Both the position numbers and the translations under genes were made by a program. Below are positions 23,706 through 34,599 of a stretch of 64,000 nucleotides of DNA, piece after piece. The stretch lies in the NCBI RefSeq assembly GCF_006345805.1, contig NC_042997.1, forward strand, positions 74,648,001-74,712,000, written 5' to 3'. Below the pieces are notes generated by a model. It had not been told where the DNA came from. It saw only the letters and a program-made list of their open reading frames with translations, and ran no database searches. The stretch is from Octopus sinensis (Eukaryota). Each line of letters opens with the position of its first letter. Position 1 is the first letter of the stretch.

Positions 23706-26290
23706 ACATCATTATTTAACACCTATTTTGCATGCTGGCATGGATTGAACAGTGTGATAGGATCTGGCAAGATGCAGAGCTGGTACAAAGTCAGCTTTGA
23801 TACAGTTTCTACAGCTGTATGCCCTTCCCAATGCCAACCACTTTACAGTGAGTACTGGGTGCTTTTTACATGACACCAGCAGCAGTGAGGTTGCCAAGGT
23901 TGCAAAACAGAAAAGGAACAAGGAAAACAAATGAAATGCTCCCCCATGGCTAAGTGACTGAGTCACTGAGGGCTGGAGTATCTAAGAGAGGGAGTATCTG
24001 AGAGGTGGAAGTGACTTCATGCAAGATGGTGAGGAACCTAAAGTATAATAGAGGGACAAGCACAAGTGTCTTGCCATAAAGAAGATACATGGCTACACTA
24101 CATAATATAAAGATTGGTGGAAGTAGCTAGGAAGAAGATAATGATGGTAGTGAAGAAGTGTCAGAGCATATTCTGAAGGTAAAATAAGGTGAGCATAAGA
24201 GAACATAAAGACTGTGGATTTGGGAGAGGAGTAGGTTTTTAGGACTGTGAGGGGGGAGTAACAGAGGGTTACAGGAGGGAGTAGAAGTGAATGTAGTGAG
24301 TGATTTGATTTGATTTTGATTTTACTTGACTCAACAGGAAAGTTGCCCGATGATCCAAAGGTACTTTTTAAATGGACTGGTTATGCAACACTAGTGTAGG
24401 CTACAGCTGTGATTTCACTTTACTTGCCTGGCCTTCTCAATCAAAACATATCTCCAGAGGTCTCAGTCTTTCATCATTGCCTCTGTAAGGCCCAACATGC
24501 TTCACCACCTCATCCCATGTTTTCCTGGGTCTCCCTATACCATGGGTTCCTTCCACCATTAGGGAGTGACATTTCTTCACATAGCTCTCCTCATCCATTC
24601 TCGTCACATGACCATACCAGCGCAGTCGTCTCTCTTGCACACCACATTTGATGCTTCTTATGTCCAACATTTCTCTCAGAGCACTTACACTCTGTAATGT
24701 GTGCACACTGACATTAGACATCCAGCAGATCATACTACGCATGTCTTCAACAGTCATGGCCCATGTTTCACTGCCATGTAGCATGGCAGTTCACACACAT
24801 GCATCGTACAATCTACCTTTCACTCTGAGTAAGAGGCCCTTTGTTATCAGTAGAGGTAGGAGCTCTCTGAACTTTGCCCAGACTATTCTTATTCTCATGG
24901 CAATGCTCTCCAAGCATCCACCCCTACTACAGACTTGGTCACCGAGATAGCAGAAGCTATCAATTACTTCTAGTTTCTCACCCTGGCATGTGATGGAATC
25001 TGTTGTCTGAGCATCTGTGGTGTTTATTGTCCCTGTGCATCTGCCACACACGAAAGCTATCGTCTCAGTTAATCTTCCTTTGATGTTGCTGCACCTCTTA
25101 TGTGTCCATAGCTTACACTTATGGGGTTTCTACCAACACCTTTTCTACAGATTGAGCAGGGCCACCTATCTGAGGGGTTTGTGATGTGTTTGCCTTCCTA
25201 CTTACTAGGACTTTGGCTTTTGCAACATTGACTCTAAGGCCCTTCAATTCTAAACCTTGCTTCCACACCTGAAATTTCTTCTTTAGTTCTGGTAGTGATT
25301 CCGCTATGAGAGCAAGGTCATCAGCATAGAGGATCTTCCAGGGGAAATCTGTCTTGAATTCCTCTGTTATTGCCTGGAGGACTATGATGAATAAAAGGGA
25401 GCTGAGGGCTGATCCTTGGCGAACCCCTACTTCTACCCGGAAGTCTTCACTATACTCATTGCCGACCCTTACCTTACTAACAGCATCCCTGTACAAGGCC
25501 TGTACAGCTCTTATTAACCACTCGTCTATCCCCAGTTTCTGCATTGCCCACCAGATAAGGGATCAGGGGACTCTGTCAAAGGCTTTCTCCAAATCAACAA
25601 AAGCCAAGTATAGGGGGTTTATCTTTGGCTAGGTATTTCTCCTGCAGCTGTCGTACCAGGCATCAGTGGTGCTTCTATCTGGCACAAGACCGAACTGCAT
25701 CTCATCTAAGCAGACTCTCTCTCTAATTAGTTGGGCTATGACCCTCTCTGTGACCTTCATCACATGATCCAGTAGTTTGATACCCTTGTAGTTATTTCTA
25801 TCTAAAGCATAATCTTTACCTTTGTAGCTGTTGACTATGGTACTGCTATGCCAATCATTGGGTATGACTCCTGCGTGAACTCCCTGGTTTACAATACGGG
25901 TGACTAGGCCATAACCCATACCACCAGATATTCTAAGCATCTCAACAGTGATCCCTGATGGGCCAGGGGCTTTTCCTGACTTCATATACTTAATTGCTTT
26001 ATCTACCAGGGTGCTATATATTCGGGTAGCTGGTCCCTTGACTGGGTCAATATTTGTCAGGTTCTCCTCCTCCCATTCATTCTCCACATTCAGCAGCCTT
26101 TCATAATGGCATCTCCAAGCCTCTTTCTTTGCAGAATCAGTAAAAGCAAGTGCACCATCATCCATGCGGACACATTTCTCTTCTATGACATCACAAATTT
26201 CTCTCACACACTGTCTTGCAATCCGAAATACTTCAGTTCTTTGGTCCTCATGTCGCTGAACATTGGCAAACTTCTTTTCTGTTTCTCCCA
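23706..26290 (-). mobile_element. RTE-clade LINE (family A), 5'-truncated pseudogene
   Basis: RT and C-terminal fragments homologous to 8110-11279 (ILYADDLAL, WYGHVTRMDEE). Degenerate family tail near 23706-23750. Confidence 0.92.
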
Positions 26291-26689
26291 ATGAGGATAG
26301 ATAAAGGAGAATATGAATATCAATATGCCAATGTTAGATTAAGAAGGCAGGCAGCTAAACTGGTTGCTTTTGTCTTGGGAGAGAGGGAGAGGAGATTGCA
26401 GGTATGATAGAGGATACCACCAGTGTGGGAGGGGGTTTCCAGTGAGAGGAACAAGCACGCCCATACACCCCCCACACACACACAAGCACAAGATAGGCAT
26501 GCACACAGACAAGAATAAGCACGCATGCATGCACACACACACATATGTACAGCCCATTAGCTTTCTCTTTCCACTTAAGTAGGTAGGCAGCTAAACTAGT
26601 TGCTTTTGTCATGGAAGGGAGAGAGGGAGGAGATTGCAGACATGATAGAGGATACCACCAGTGAGGGAGGGGATTTCCAGTAAGAGAAG

Positions 26690-26950
26690 AGAGATATCCG
26701 GTAATGGTGGTGGGAGAAGAGAGAGAAAGAGATCCGGTATTGGTGGTGGGAAAAGGGAGAGAGATATTTGGTATTGGTGGTGGGAGAAGAGAAAGAGATA
26801 TCCGATATTGGTTGTGGGAGAAGAGAGAGGAATATCTGGTATTGGTGGTGGGAGAAAAGAGAGATATCCGGTATTGATGGTAGGAGAATAGAGAGAGATA
26901 TCCAGTATTAGTGGTGAGAGAAGAGAGAGAGATAGATAGATAGATATCCA
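26690..26950. repeat. Purine-rich minisatellite, ~32-38 bp unit, about 8 copies
   Basis: Recurring unit gagatatccggtattggtggtgggagaagag. Confidence 0.85.
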
Positions 26951-28119
26951 GTTTTGTTGGTGGGGGCTGGAATGGGCAGGTGCACTATGAACAAGCAAGG
27001 GTTAATTTAGAGAGTTGGTACAAAAAAATATGTAGCCAACATGAGAACAGATTAGAAAAATACATGAAGAATTAAGGTGAAACGAAGGCTGAGAGAAAGA
27101 GAGATTAGGAAGTTATATATTGAAGGGTCAATTTAAATAATTAGCTTACAAAAGTAAGTATTAGTAAATAGTAAGTAGTAAATAATACACATTAAATATT
27201 AGTAGTGATGGCGGATGAATGCATGAAAAAATCGAAAAATATCTTAGCGATAGTGGGCATCCAAGAAACGTCTGTGTTGGAAGGAATTGCATGCAGAACA
27301 GGCAGGAAAATATGAGTAAAGAGTTTTATAGACGTGCTACTTTCTGAAGTGGGCATTATGGAGGGTGCCAAAGACAATAGAAATGGTAGTAACAGAGTAG
27401 CACAAGAAGCTATAGTGAATGACAAAAAATATTTAGCCAACATGAAACACAGAGGGAACAAGCACTCCGAACAAGCAAGGGTTAATTTAGAGAGTTGGTA
27501 CAAAAAAAAAAAATATGTAGCCAACAGGGGAGGGGAGGAGATATTTCATTTAGAAAATTACATGAAGAATTAAAATGAAATGAAGGCTGAGAGAGAGTGA
27601 GAAATTAGGAAGTTATATGTTGAAGGGTCAATTTAAATAATTAGCTTATGAAAGTAGCTTTGTACATATGTGTATATATCTATCTTACATATATGCACAA
27701 CACATAGTATGTGTATGTGTGTGTACACATAAATATATATTCTTTTCTTTTTTTTTTTCTGTTCTTTGAATTGAATAAATATAATATGTAAGACAGAAGA
27801 TGTTTGTGTGTATGTGTGTGTATGTGTGTGTATGCTATTTACGTGCAACCCCTTAAAATCAATATTTTCCACCTGATTTCATTCACTCTAAGCACATACA
27901 TCCTTAATGTTTTGCAAATGATCCTACACTCTTTAGATTTTTCACTTATGGGGTAATATGGAGTAATGGGGCCTTTAGGGTCAGCTAAACCTGCATTCCT
28001 ATAATACAGTACCTATTGTGGACAAGGGAGGTAACTCTTTGCGAAGTAACATTCAGAAATTGATTGTCTCCCTTACATTTGTATCCCTTGTGTACAATAT
28101 ATATACACACATGTATAAA

Positions 28120-28150
<31 letters not shown>

Positions 28151-28174
28151 TGATTAAAATTGTAAGACAACAAA

Positions 28175-28400
28175 AGAATGAGAGAGACCTCGATATTATG
28201 TAAATAGAGAGATTTATCTGTAAATATATGTAACAATTATTTGGTAGCCATGATAAAACTCCGAGTTTCAGATGCTGAGGTGGAAATCCATGCCGCCATC
28301 TCTTCAGTTATCTGGCTATCGGAAAAAATGCTATGAAAATGACCGTTATACAAAGGGAAATTACTGTGTGATTAACCATTATTAAGACAAAAGAGCTATA
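28175..28400 (-). mobile_element. Solo pLTR relic of a Naiad-type PLE, related to 58725-59000
   Basis: gagacctcgatattatgtaaatagagagatttatc...gataaaactccgagtttcagatg...gggaaattactgtg aligns with 58760-58945. Abuts (TA)n. Confidence 0.8.
28252..28312 (-). ncRNA. Minimal hammerhead ribozyme-like motif in the Naiad-type pLTR relic
   Basis: GATAA-CTGAAGA-GATG[22 nt]CATC-T-GAAA-CTC-G-GAGT-T-TTATC. Stem I GATAA/TTATC, intact CUGANGA and GAAA boxes, stem III ACTC/GAGT. Confidence 0.65.
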
Positions 28401-31400
28401 TGAATGACCGCTAAGTGAGGGGATGGAGTAAAAGTAAGGGGGTAAAAAGTAAAAATAGTATTCGCATAAGCGTGCATGTCCATACCTACACATGCACGCC
28501 CGCACACCTGCATACATGCACCTAAAAGTATACACCCATCCACCCTCTCTTGAAACGTACACATTCTCATCCACACCATTCGCCAAATATATATATATAT
28601 ATATCCTTTTTTTCTATTTTTTTCATACGATAATTTTTGTTTTTTGTTTTTTTTTGTTTTTTCGAACGTTTTTTTTTTTTTTTTTCTGCTATCCCATCAT
28701 GCCGGATCCTAGGTCCTACCTCCTCACCCTCCATCACCGTTTGAAGGATCATCTACGTTCGCTTCCTGTATATTGCCTTCAGCCGTCCGTTAATCTCTCT
28801 CTACTTCTTTTTAAAAAAACCCGCTTCTCTAGCCATGTCTCTTTCCTAAGCCGCTGCCTACATCACCGACTCATCCCTAAAGGTTTCCGCCTCCACTTCC
28901 ACCCTGCTCTCCACTCGGATTCTTCCATCTTACCCATACTCCGCACCACATCTTACCGCCTTATGCGGGCCACCATTCGCTCCAATCTCTCCAAAATACA
29001 TGCCATCAACCGCCTTCTTCCTCCTGCTTTTTCCACCTTCTTCTCCTCTCTGCCGCCTCTCTTTGCTCCAAACACGCTACGCTTCATTATCCATTTGAAT
29101 CAACTCTTCCATCAATTTCTTTCTGATACCAAACTTCGTAAACTCCAATCACTCTTCCATTCCACCCTACCCGACGCCACTACCCCAACTCCTCCACCAC
29201 CCTTCTCCCCTCCCGATAGGCTCCATCCACCCACACCTAACCCCACTGCCCCTCCCTACAACCCCTTCTCCCCTCCCATTAGGCTCCATCCACCTACACC
29301 TAACCCTACTGCCCCGCCCAACCACCCCCCACACACCTCCCCAATCCCTCCCCCTCAGACCTCCACGAGACCTACCACCCCTCCTACTTCTATTCCACCC
29401 ACCCCTTCTCCACTTCCGTCTGTTGTTACCATTCCCCCCGATCTTCCCCTCTCTGCGGCTGAACGCTCCGTCCTTGGTAGGGGTCTGCGTTTCATCCCCC
29501 TCACTCCATCCTGTAAGGAATTCCAGACGCGAGTTGATGTCCACAGCTTTGTGCGCCGTGTCCGGTTGGGTGCGCATTACCACGACTCGCCACCCACACC
29601 CCACGAAGAGGACGACTGCTTCACTGGCCTGGGCCGCCGACCATCCCCGTGGACGCCTGCCCCTGGCCAGATCCTAGCAGTGGATCTTTTCGCGGGCGCT
29701 TGTCAGCGTGCATTGGAGCGGTTCAACTTCTCCAGGCGCCAACGCCGCCTCAACATCTCCCCGGCTGAGCTCTTGGCTCTTCGTTCCCTCCAACGGCGCG
29801 CTGACATTATCATCAAACCGGCTGACAAGGGTGGAGCTGTAGTGGTGTGGCGCGCGGACCTCTATAGGGCCGAGGCTTTCCGCCAACTCAATGACACCTC
29901 CTTCTATTCCCCTCTGCCCTCTAACCCCACACGTAGCTACCAACAGACGGTATCCTCTACCGTCCAAGACCTCATCTCGTCCTCCCGTCTCCCCCCGCAC
30001 CGCATCCAACCTAATTGTGCGAACCCCACGTACCCCCACCATTTACTTCCTCCTCCCAAAATCCACAAACCCAACAACCCTGGCCGCCCCATCGTCTCCG
30101 CCTGTAACTGCCCCATGGAGCTCATCTCTAAATACCTTGACCGTGTCCTTGCCCCCCTAGTGGCATCTCTTCCCTCCCACATCCACGATACCAACCATGC
30201 TCTCCGGCTTTTCAACTCTTTCTCCTTTCCTCCCGGCTCCTCCAAAATCCTTTTTACTATGGACATCCAAAGCCTCTATACTGTTATCCCTCACCACGAA
30301 GGACTGCAGGCCCTTCGACACTTTCTTGACCTCCGCTCTAACCCTGTACCTGACACCTCCACACTCATTCGTCTGGCCGAACTTGTCCTTACTCTGAACT
30401 GCTTCTCGTTCGCGGGCGAGTTCTACCATCAGGTCTCGGGAGTGGCCATGGGAACGCGAATGGGCCCCAACTATGTGAACCTGTTCGTTGGCTATGTTGA
30501 GGCCCAAATATTCTCTAATTTCACTGGTCCCACTCCTGAACTATATGGTCGTTATATTGACGACATTATCGGTGCCACCTCACTCTCCCGCGAACATCTA
30601 GATTCCTTCCTCTCTTTCGTCCAATCTTTCCATCCAGCCCTCCACTTCACTTCCACTATCTCCAACACCTCTGTCTCCTTCCTCGACATTTCGGTTAGCA
30701 TTCTTCACTCCACTCTTACCACCTCCATTCACTACAAACACACAGACTCACACTCATACCTCAACTTCTCTTCCTCCCACCCAGAACACACCAGCTTTCC
30801 ATCCCCTATTCCCAATTCCTCCGTCTACGTAGGCTCTGTAGTGACGACCATGACTTTGAGACTCAGTCTCAACGTATGGCTCACCACTTCACCCTACGTG
30901 GATACCCCCTCACAACTATCCACACCGCCCTTGCCAGAGCACGGTCCGTGGACCGTGTATCTGCTCTCTCTCCCCGAACCCGCCCTGTAGTCTCCCGCCT
31001 CCCTTTTCCCCTCACTTACCACCCCACGACCCTACGTCTCCAACGCACCATTCTTCGAGCTTTCCGTCATCTCCAGTCCGACCCGTCCACTTCACACCTC
31101 TTCCCTAACCGACCCCTCCCCTCTTTCAAACGAGCCCACAACCTTCGAGACCTTTTGGTCCATAGCTCCTTCCCTGACCCTACCTCCCAACCCGGCTCGT
31201 TCCCCTGCTCCCGCCCACGTTGCCGCACTTGCCCTTACCTCTCCAACACCACCCGCCTCACTAGCACCCACCATCGACCCTATCCCATCATCCACTCCTT
31301 CACCTGCACCTCCAGCAATATTATCTATTGCATCTCTTGCTCTCTCTGCAATTCCTTGTACATCGGACAAACGGGACGCCGCTTGGCTGACCGGTTCGCG

Positions 31401-31719
31401 GAACACCTTCGTGACATCCACCTTGCGAACGACACACCGGTCTCACGCCATTTCCGCTCCACCGGTCACTCCTTGCAACACCTATCTGTGTTCGGTTTGT
31501 CCTTACACAGAGGCCATCCGGATTCCCGTTTGCGCCGTGAACAGGAATTAATCTTCTCTCTTCGCTCTTATACGCCATTTGGTCTCAACTCTCCCCCCCT
31601 CCTCACCTATCCTTTCTCCCCCCGACCCCTACTTCTTCAGTCCTTCATCCTTTCACCCCTACTCCCCTTCCCTTCTTCCCTCTTTCTCCCTCCCTCTTCC
31701 CCTTCCCTCTGCTCCCTCA

Positions 31720-32330
31720 CTCCCTCTCTCCCCTTCTCTCTCCCCCTCTCCCTCTTTCCTCCTTCATTCCCCCTCCTCCCCTTCCTTCTCCCCCATCCTC
31801 TCCTCTTCCCCCTTCTCCTCCCCCTCTTCTCCCCCTCTTCTCCCCCTCTCTTCTCCCCCTCTTCTCCCCCTCTTCTCCCCCTCTTCTCCCCCTCCCCCTC
31901 TTCTCCCCCTCTTCTCCCCCTCTTCTCCCCCTCTTCTCCCTCCTTCTCCCCCTCCCCCTCTTCTCCTCACTACACCACATGACTTTACACATCACATCAC
32001 ATATGATGTGCCATACTAATACACACACCAACTAATACATACTAATACGTACTAATACATACTAGTACATACTAATACTTACACCAACCCTATACATACA
32101 CACGTCCAGACCCCGCATACGCACTTATACTCTCTCACACACACACACACATACCTATACATACCAATACGTACTAATACATACTAATACATACTAATAC
32201 ATACACCAACCCCATACATACGCACGTCCAGACCAATCTTACGCACTAATACTCTCTCATACACACACACACACACACACACACCCTTATACATACTAAT
32301 ACATACACCAACCCTATACATACACACATC
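31720..32330. repeat. Low-complexity 3' region of the Neptune element: (ccctcttctcc)n and (actaatacat)n arrays
   Basis: Directly visible tandem units. These explain the spurious Pro/Ser and Gly/Glu/Arg ORFs here. Confidence 0.9.
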
Positions 32331-32520
32331 CAGACCCCTCCCACGCACTTTTAGCTGGTCCCTCAACCCGTTTATCAACCCTATTATCTCCCCTTATTCG
32401 CTCTCGCGTCTCATGTTTGATCTTTGACCTCTGGCCGAAATCAGATCGCCATGTTGATTCGTTAGCTACTGCACGCATTTTTTTTCTCTCCTTCTTTCTG
32501 TGTTTTTCTCTCTCTGTGTA

Positions 32521-32558
32521 TCTTTCTGTTGAAGAGCGTAGGCTCGAAACGTTAAAGA
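32521..32558 (+). ncRNA. Minimal hammerhead ribozyme-like motif in the Neptune pLTR
   Basis: TCTTT-CTGTTGA-A-GAGC-GTAG-GCTC-GAAAC-GTT-AAAGA. Stems I and II are perfect, stem III is the palindrome ACGT, and the core has U at A6. Confidence 0.7.
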
Positions 32559-32659
32559 CTTGTTTTATTTATATTTCCTGAGCGCCATACTAATACAATT
32601 GTTCGTTTGTTTTCCACCTGCCTTCGTCTTTTGTTTATTTTCATAAAGCTTCCCGTTAT

Positions 32660-33090
32660 ATATATATATACCATACAAGTGAGATTGTTGCCAGAGCAAC
32701 AAGCTGGCCTCCGTGCCGATGGCACGTTAAAAACACCATTCAAGCATGATCGTTACCTGCGTTGCCTTACTAGCACTTGTGCTGGTGGCACGTGAAAGAA
32801 AACATTCGAGTGAGGTCGTTGCCAGTGCCGCTAGACTGGCACCTGTGCAGGTGGCACATAAAAAGCACCATTTGAGCATGGCCGTTGCCAGTACCACCTA
32901 ACTGGCCCTCATGCCAGTGGCATGTAAAAAGCACCCACTTCACTCTCGGAGTGGTTGGTGTTAGGAAGGGCATCCAGCTGTAAAAACTCTGCCAGATCAG
33001 AGTCTGGTGCAGCCATCTGGTTCACCAGACCTCAGTCAAATCGTCCAACCCATGCTAGCATGGAAAACGGACGTTAAATGATGATGATGA
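32660..33090 (+). mobile_element. RTE family A 3'-UTR-only insertion (hairpin array, terminal module, (GAT)n)
   Basis: About four gtgcc-nnn-ggcac units, then ggttggtgttaggaagggcatccagctgtaaaaac...catgctagcatggaaaacggacgttaaatgatgatg. Confidence 0.85.
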
Positions 33091-33349
33091 TATATATATA
33101 TACAATCTCACACACACACGCGCGCATCAAAAAAGTTCGTAAGCACAAGAAAAACAGGGCTAAGGGTAACAATACAGAAAAAGGTGTAAGGGAGTATAAA
33201 AATAAGCAAAGATTAAACCACATCTATATACGCACATACCCATATGCACGCACGCACACAGACGTCTATATACACACATACCCGAATACGTCTATATATG
33301 CACACAAAAAAGTTCATACACACATCTATATGCGCACATACACAAGAAA

Positions 33350-33591
33350 AAACAGGATCGTTGCCAGTGACGCCTTACAGGCACATGTGCTGGTGATACG
33401 TAAAAAGCAACATTCCAGTGTGGTCGTTGCTAGTGCAGCCAGACTGGCTTCCATGCAGGTGGCATGTAAAAAAACCCTTTTGAGCATGGTTGTTGCCAGA
33501 GCTGCCTGACTGGCCCTTGTGCCAGTGGCATGTAAAAGTACCCAATACACTCTCGGAGGTGTTAGGAAGGGCACCCAGCTGATGATGATGA

Positions 33592-33595
<4 letters not shown>
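33350..33595 (+). mobile_element. Second RTE family A 3'-UTR fragment with an internal deletion
   Basis: Degenerate hairpin units, then gttaggaagggcacccagct fused directly to (gat)n. Confidence 0.75.
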
Positions 33596-33625
<30 letters not shown>

Positions 33626-33630
33626 CAAAT

Positions 33631-34290
33631 ATGTGGTTGGAGCGAAGTGTTGTAAAACCACCAATAGAAGAGAATATGACTAAGAACTGCATGTACACCA
33701 TCCCATGCAGCCGTGGTAGGTTATACAAAGGCAAAACATGCCATCCCCTTAAAATAAGAGTAGAGGAACATCACAAAGGTGTGACACGAGGAGATATTGA
33801 TAAATCAGGTATAGCTGATAATGTATGGAAAAATGGAGACCACCTCCCCCTGTGGGATGAAGTTAAAATAATAGACAGAGAACACCACTGGAAAATACGA
33901 AAACTAAAAGAAGCAGCACATATGCTAGGACACAACAACCTCCTAAGCAGACTGAGTGCAGATATGAACAGCATATAGGAACCAGTATTAGGGAAGGATA
34001 GGAAAATATTAGATTTATAAGCCCTAAAATTCACTCCATAATTGCTCACGAGCATATGGCATAGTGGTTAAGAGCACGAGCTACTAACCCCTAGATTCCA
34101 ATGACAACAACAACAACAAGAAGAATCCAGGTTTGAAATTTCCCCAAGACACCTGATGAAGGCTGGAAGGTATATCAGCCAAAATGTTGTGTTAACAACA
34201 AACAAGATGTGGACAAATATCGTCATTGCAAATGATGTAAATAATGTACATAATTCCTCATCTCTTAAATATAGAACTGTATTAAGCTGC
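33631..34290 (+). mobile_element. Penelope/Poseidon-type PLE 3' fragment (GIY-YIG endonuclease + pLTR)
   Basis: Encodes MYTIPCSRGRLYKGKTCHPLKIRVEEH...KSGIADNVW...WDEVKIIDRE...RKLKEA, matching the PLE YxIPCxCGxxYIGxT...RxxEH pattern. Followed by a hammerhead-like motif. Confidence 0.82.
34148..34193 (+). ncRNA. Degenerate hammerhead ribozyme-like motif
   Basis: ACAC-CTGATGA-A-GGCTG-[10 nt]-CAGCC-AAAAT-GTT-GTGT. Stems I and II are intact. The GAAAC box reads AAAAT, consistent with two CpG-type transitions. Confidence 0.65.
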
Positions 34291-34599
34291 CATGTAAAAA
34301 GCATTGGTACTGGCACTATGTAAAAAGGATGTAGCACACTCTGTGGAGTGGTTGGTGTTAGGAAGAATATACAGCCATAGAAACCAAGCCAAAATATACT
34401 ATGGAACCTGGTGCAGCACCTAGTCTTTCCATCTAAACCATGTTAGCTTGGAAAATGGAGATTCAAAGTTGATGATGATGAAGATTGTTGTAGTTCTCTT
34501 GAAGTATTGTAGTACAGAAGTAGAATAATAAATGAAATAAGAAATAGAAAAGCTTTTAACAAAGCAGAAAGTTTAAAAATTTGGGTACAAATGCCTATC

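Larger units (their letters stand above)
28699..32660 (+). mobile_element. Penelope-like element, Neptune-type, near full length (RT + C-terminal GIY-YIG) with frameshifts
   Basis: ATG at 28699. HVSFLSRC...LIPKGF, IIIKPADKGGAVVVW, PKIHK...GRPIVS, FTMDIQSLYT, GVAMGTRMGP, RYIDDI, FLDI. Endonuclease: CSRPRCRTC...IYCISCSLCNSLYIGQTGRRLADRFAEH. Frameshift near 30795. CT-rich 3' region, flanked by (TA)n on both sides. Confidence 0.93.

Noticed and set aside
28699-31600. GC-rich block as bacterial contamination or a captured host gene
   Set aside because: It encodes PLE RT and GIY-YIG motifs and joins seamlessly to host-type microsatellites.
29167-32031. Antisense and alternative-frame ORFs over the Neptune element, and similar ones over the RTE copies
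   Set aside because: Shadow ORFs caused by compositional bias and low complexity.
34050-34100. tRNA gene
   Set aside because: Only a tRNA-like 5' half. No T-arm/B-box or acceptor stem, so it is a SINE-type head. The same applies to the heads at 39420-39465 and 12624-12700.
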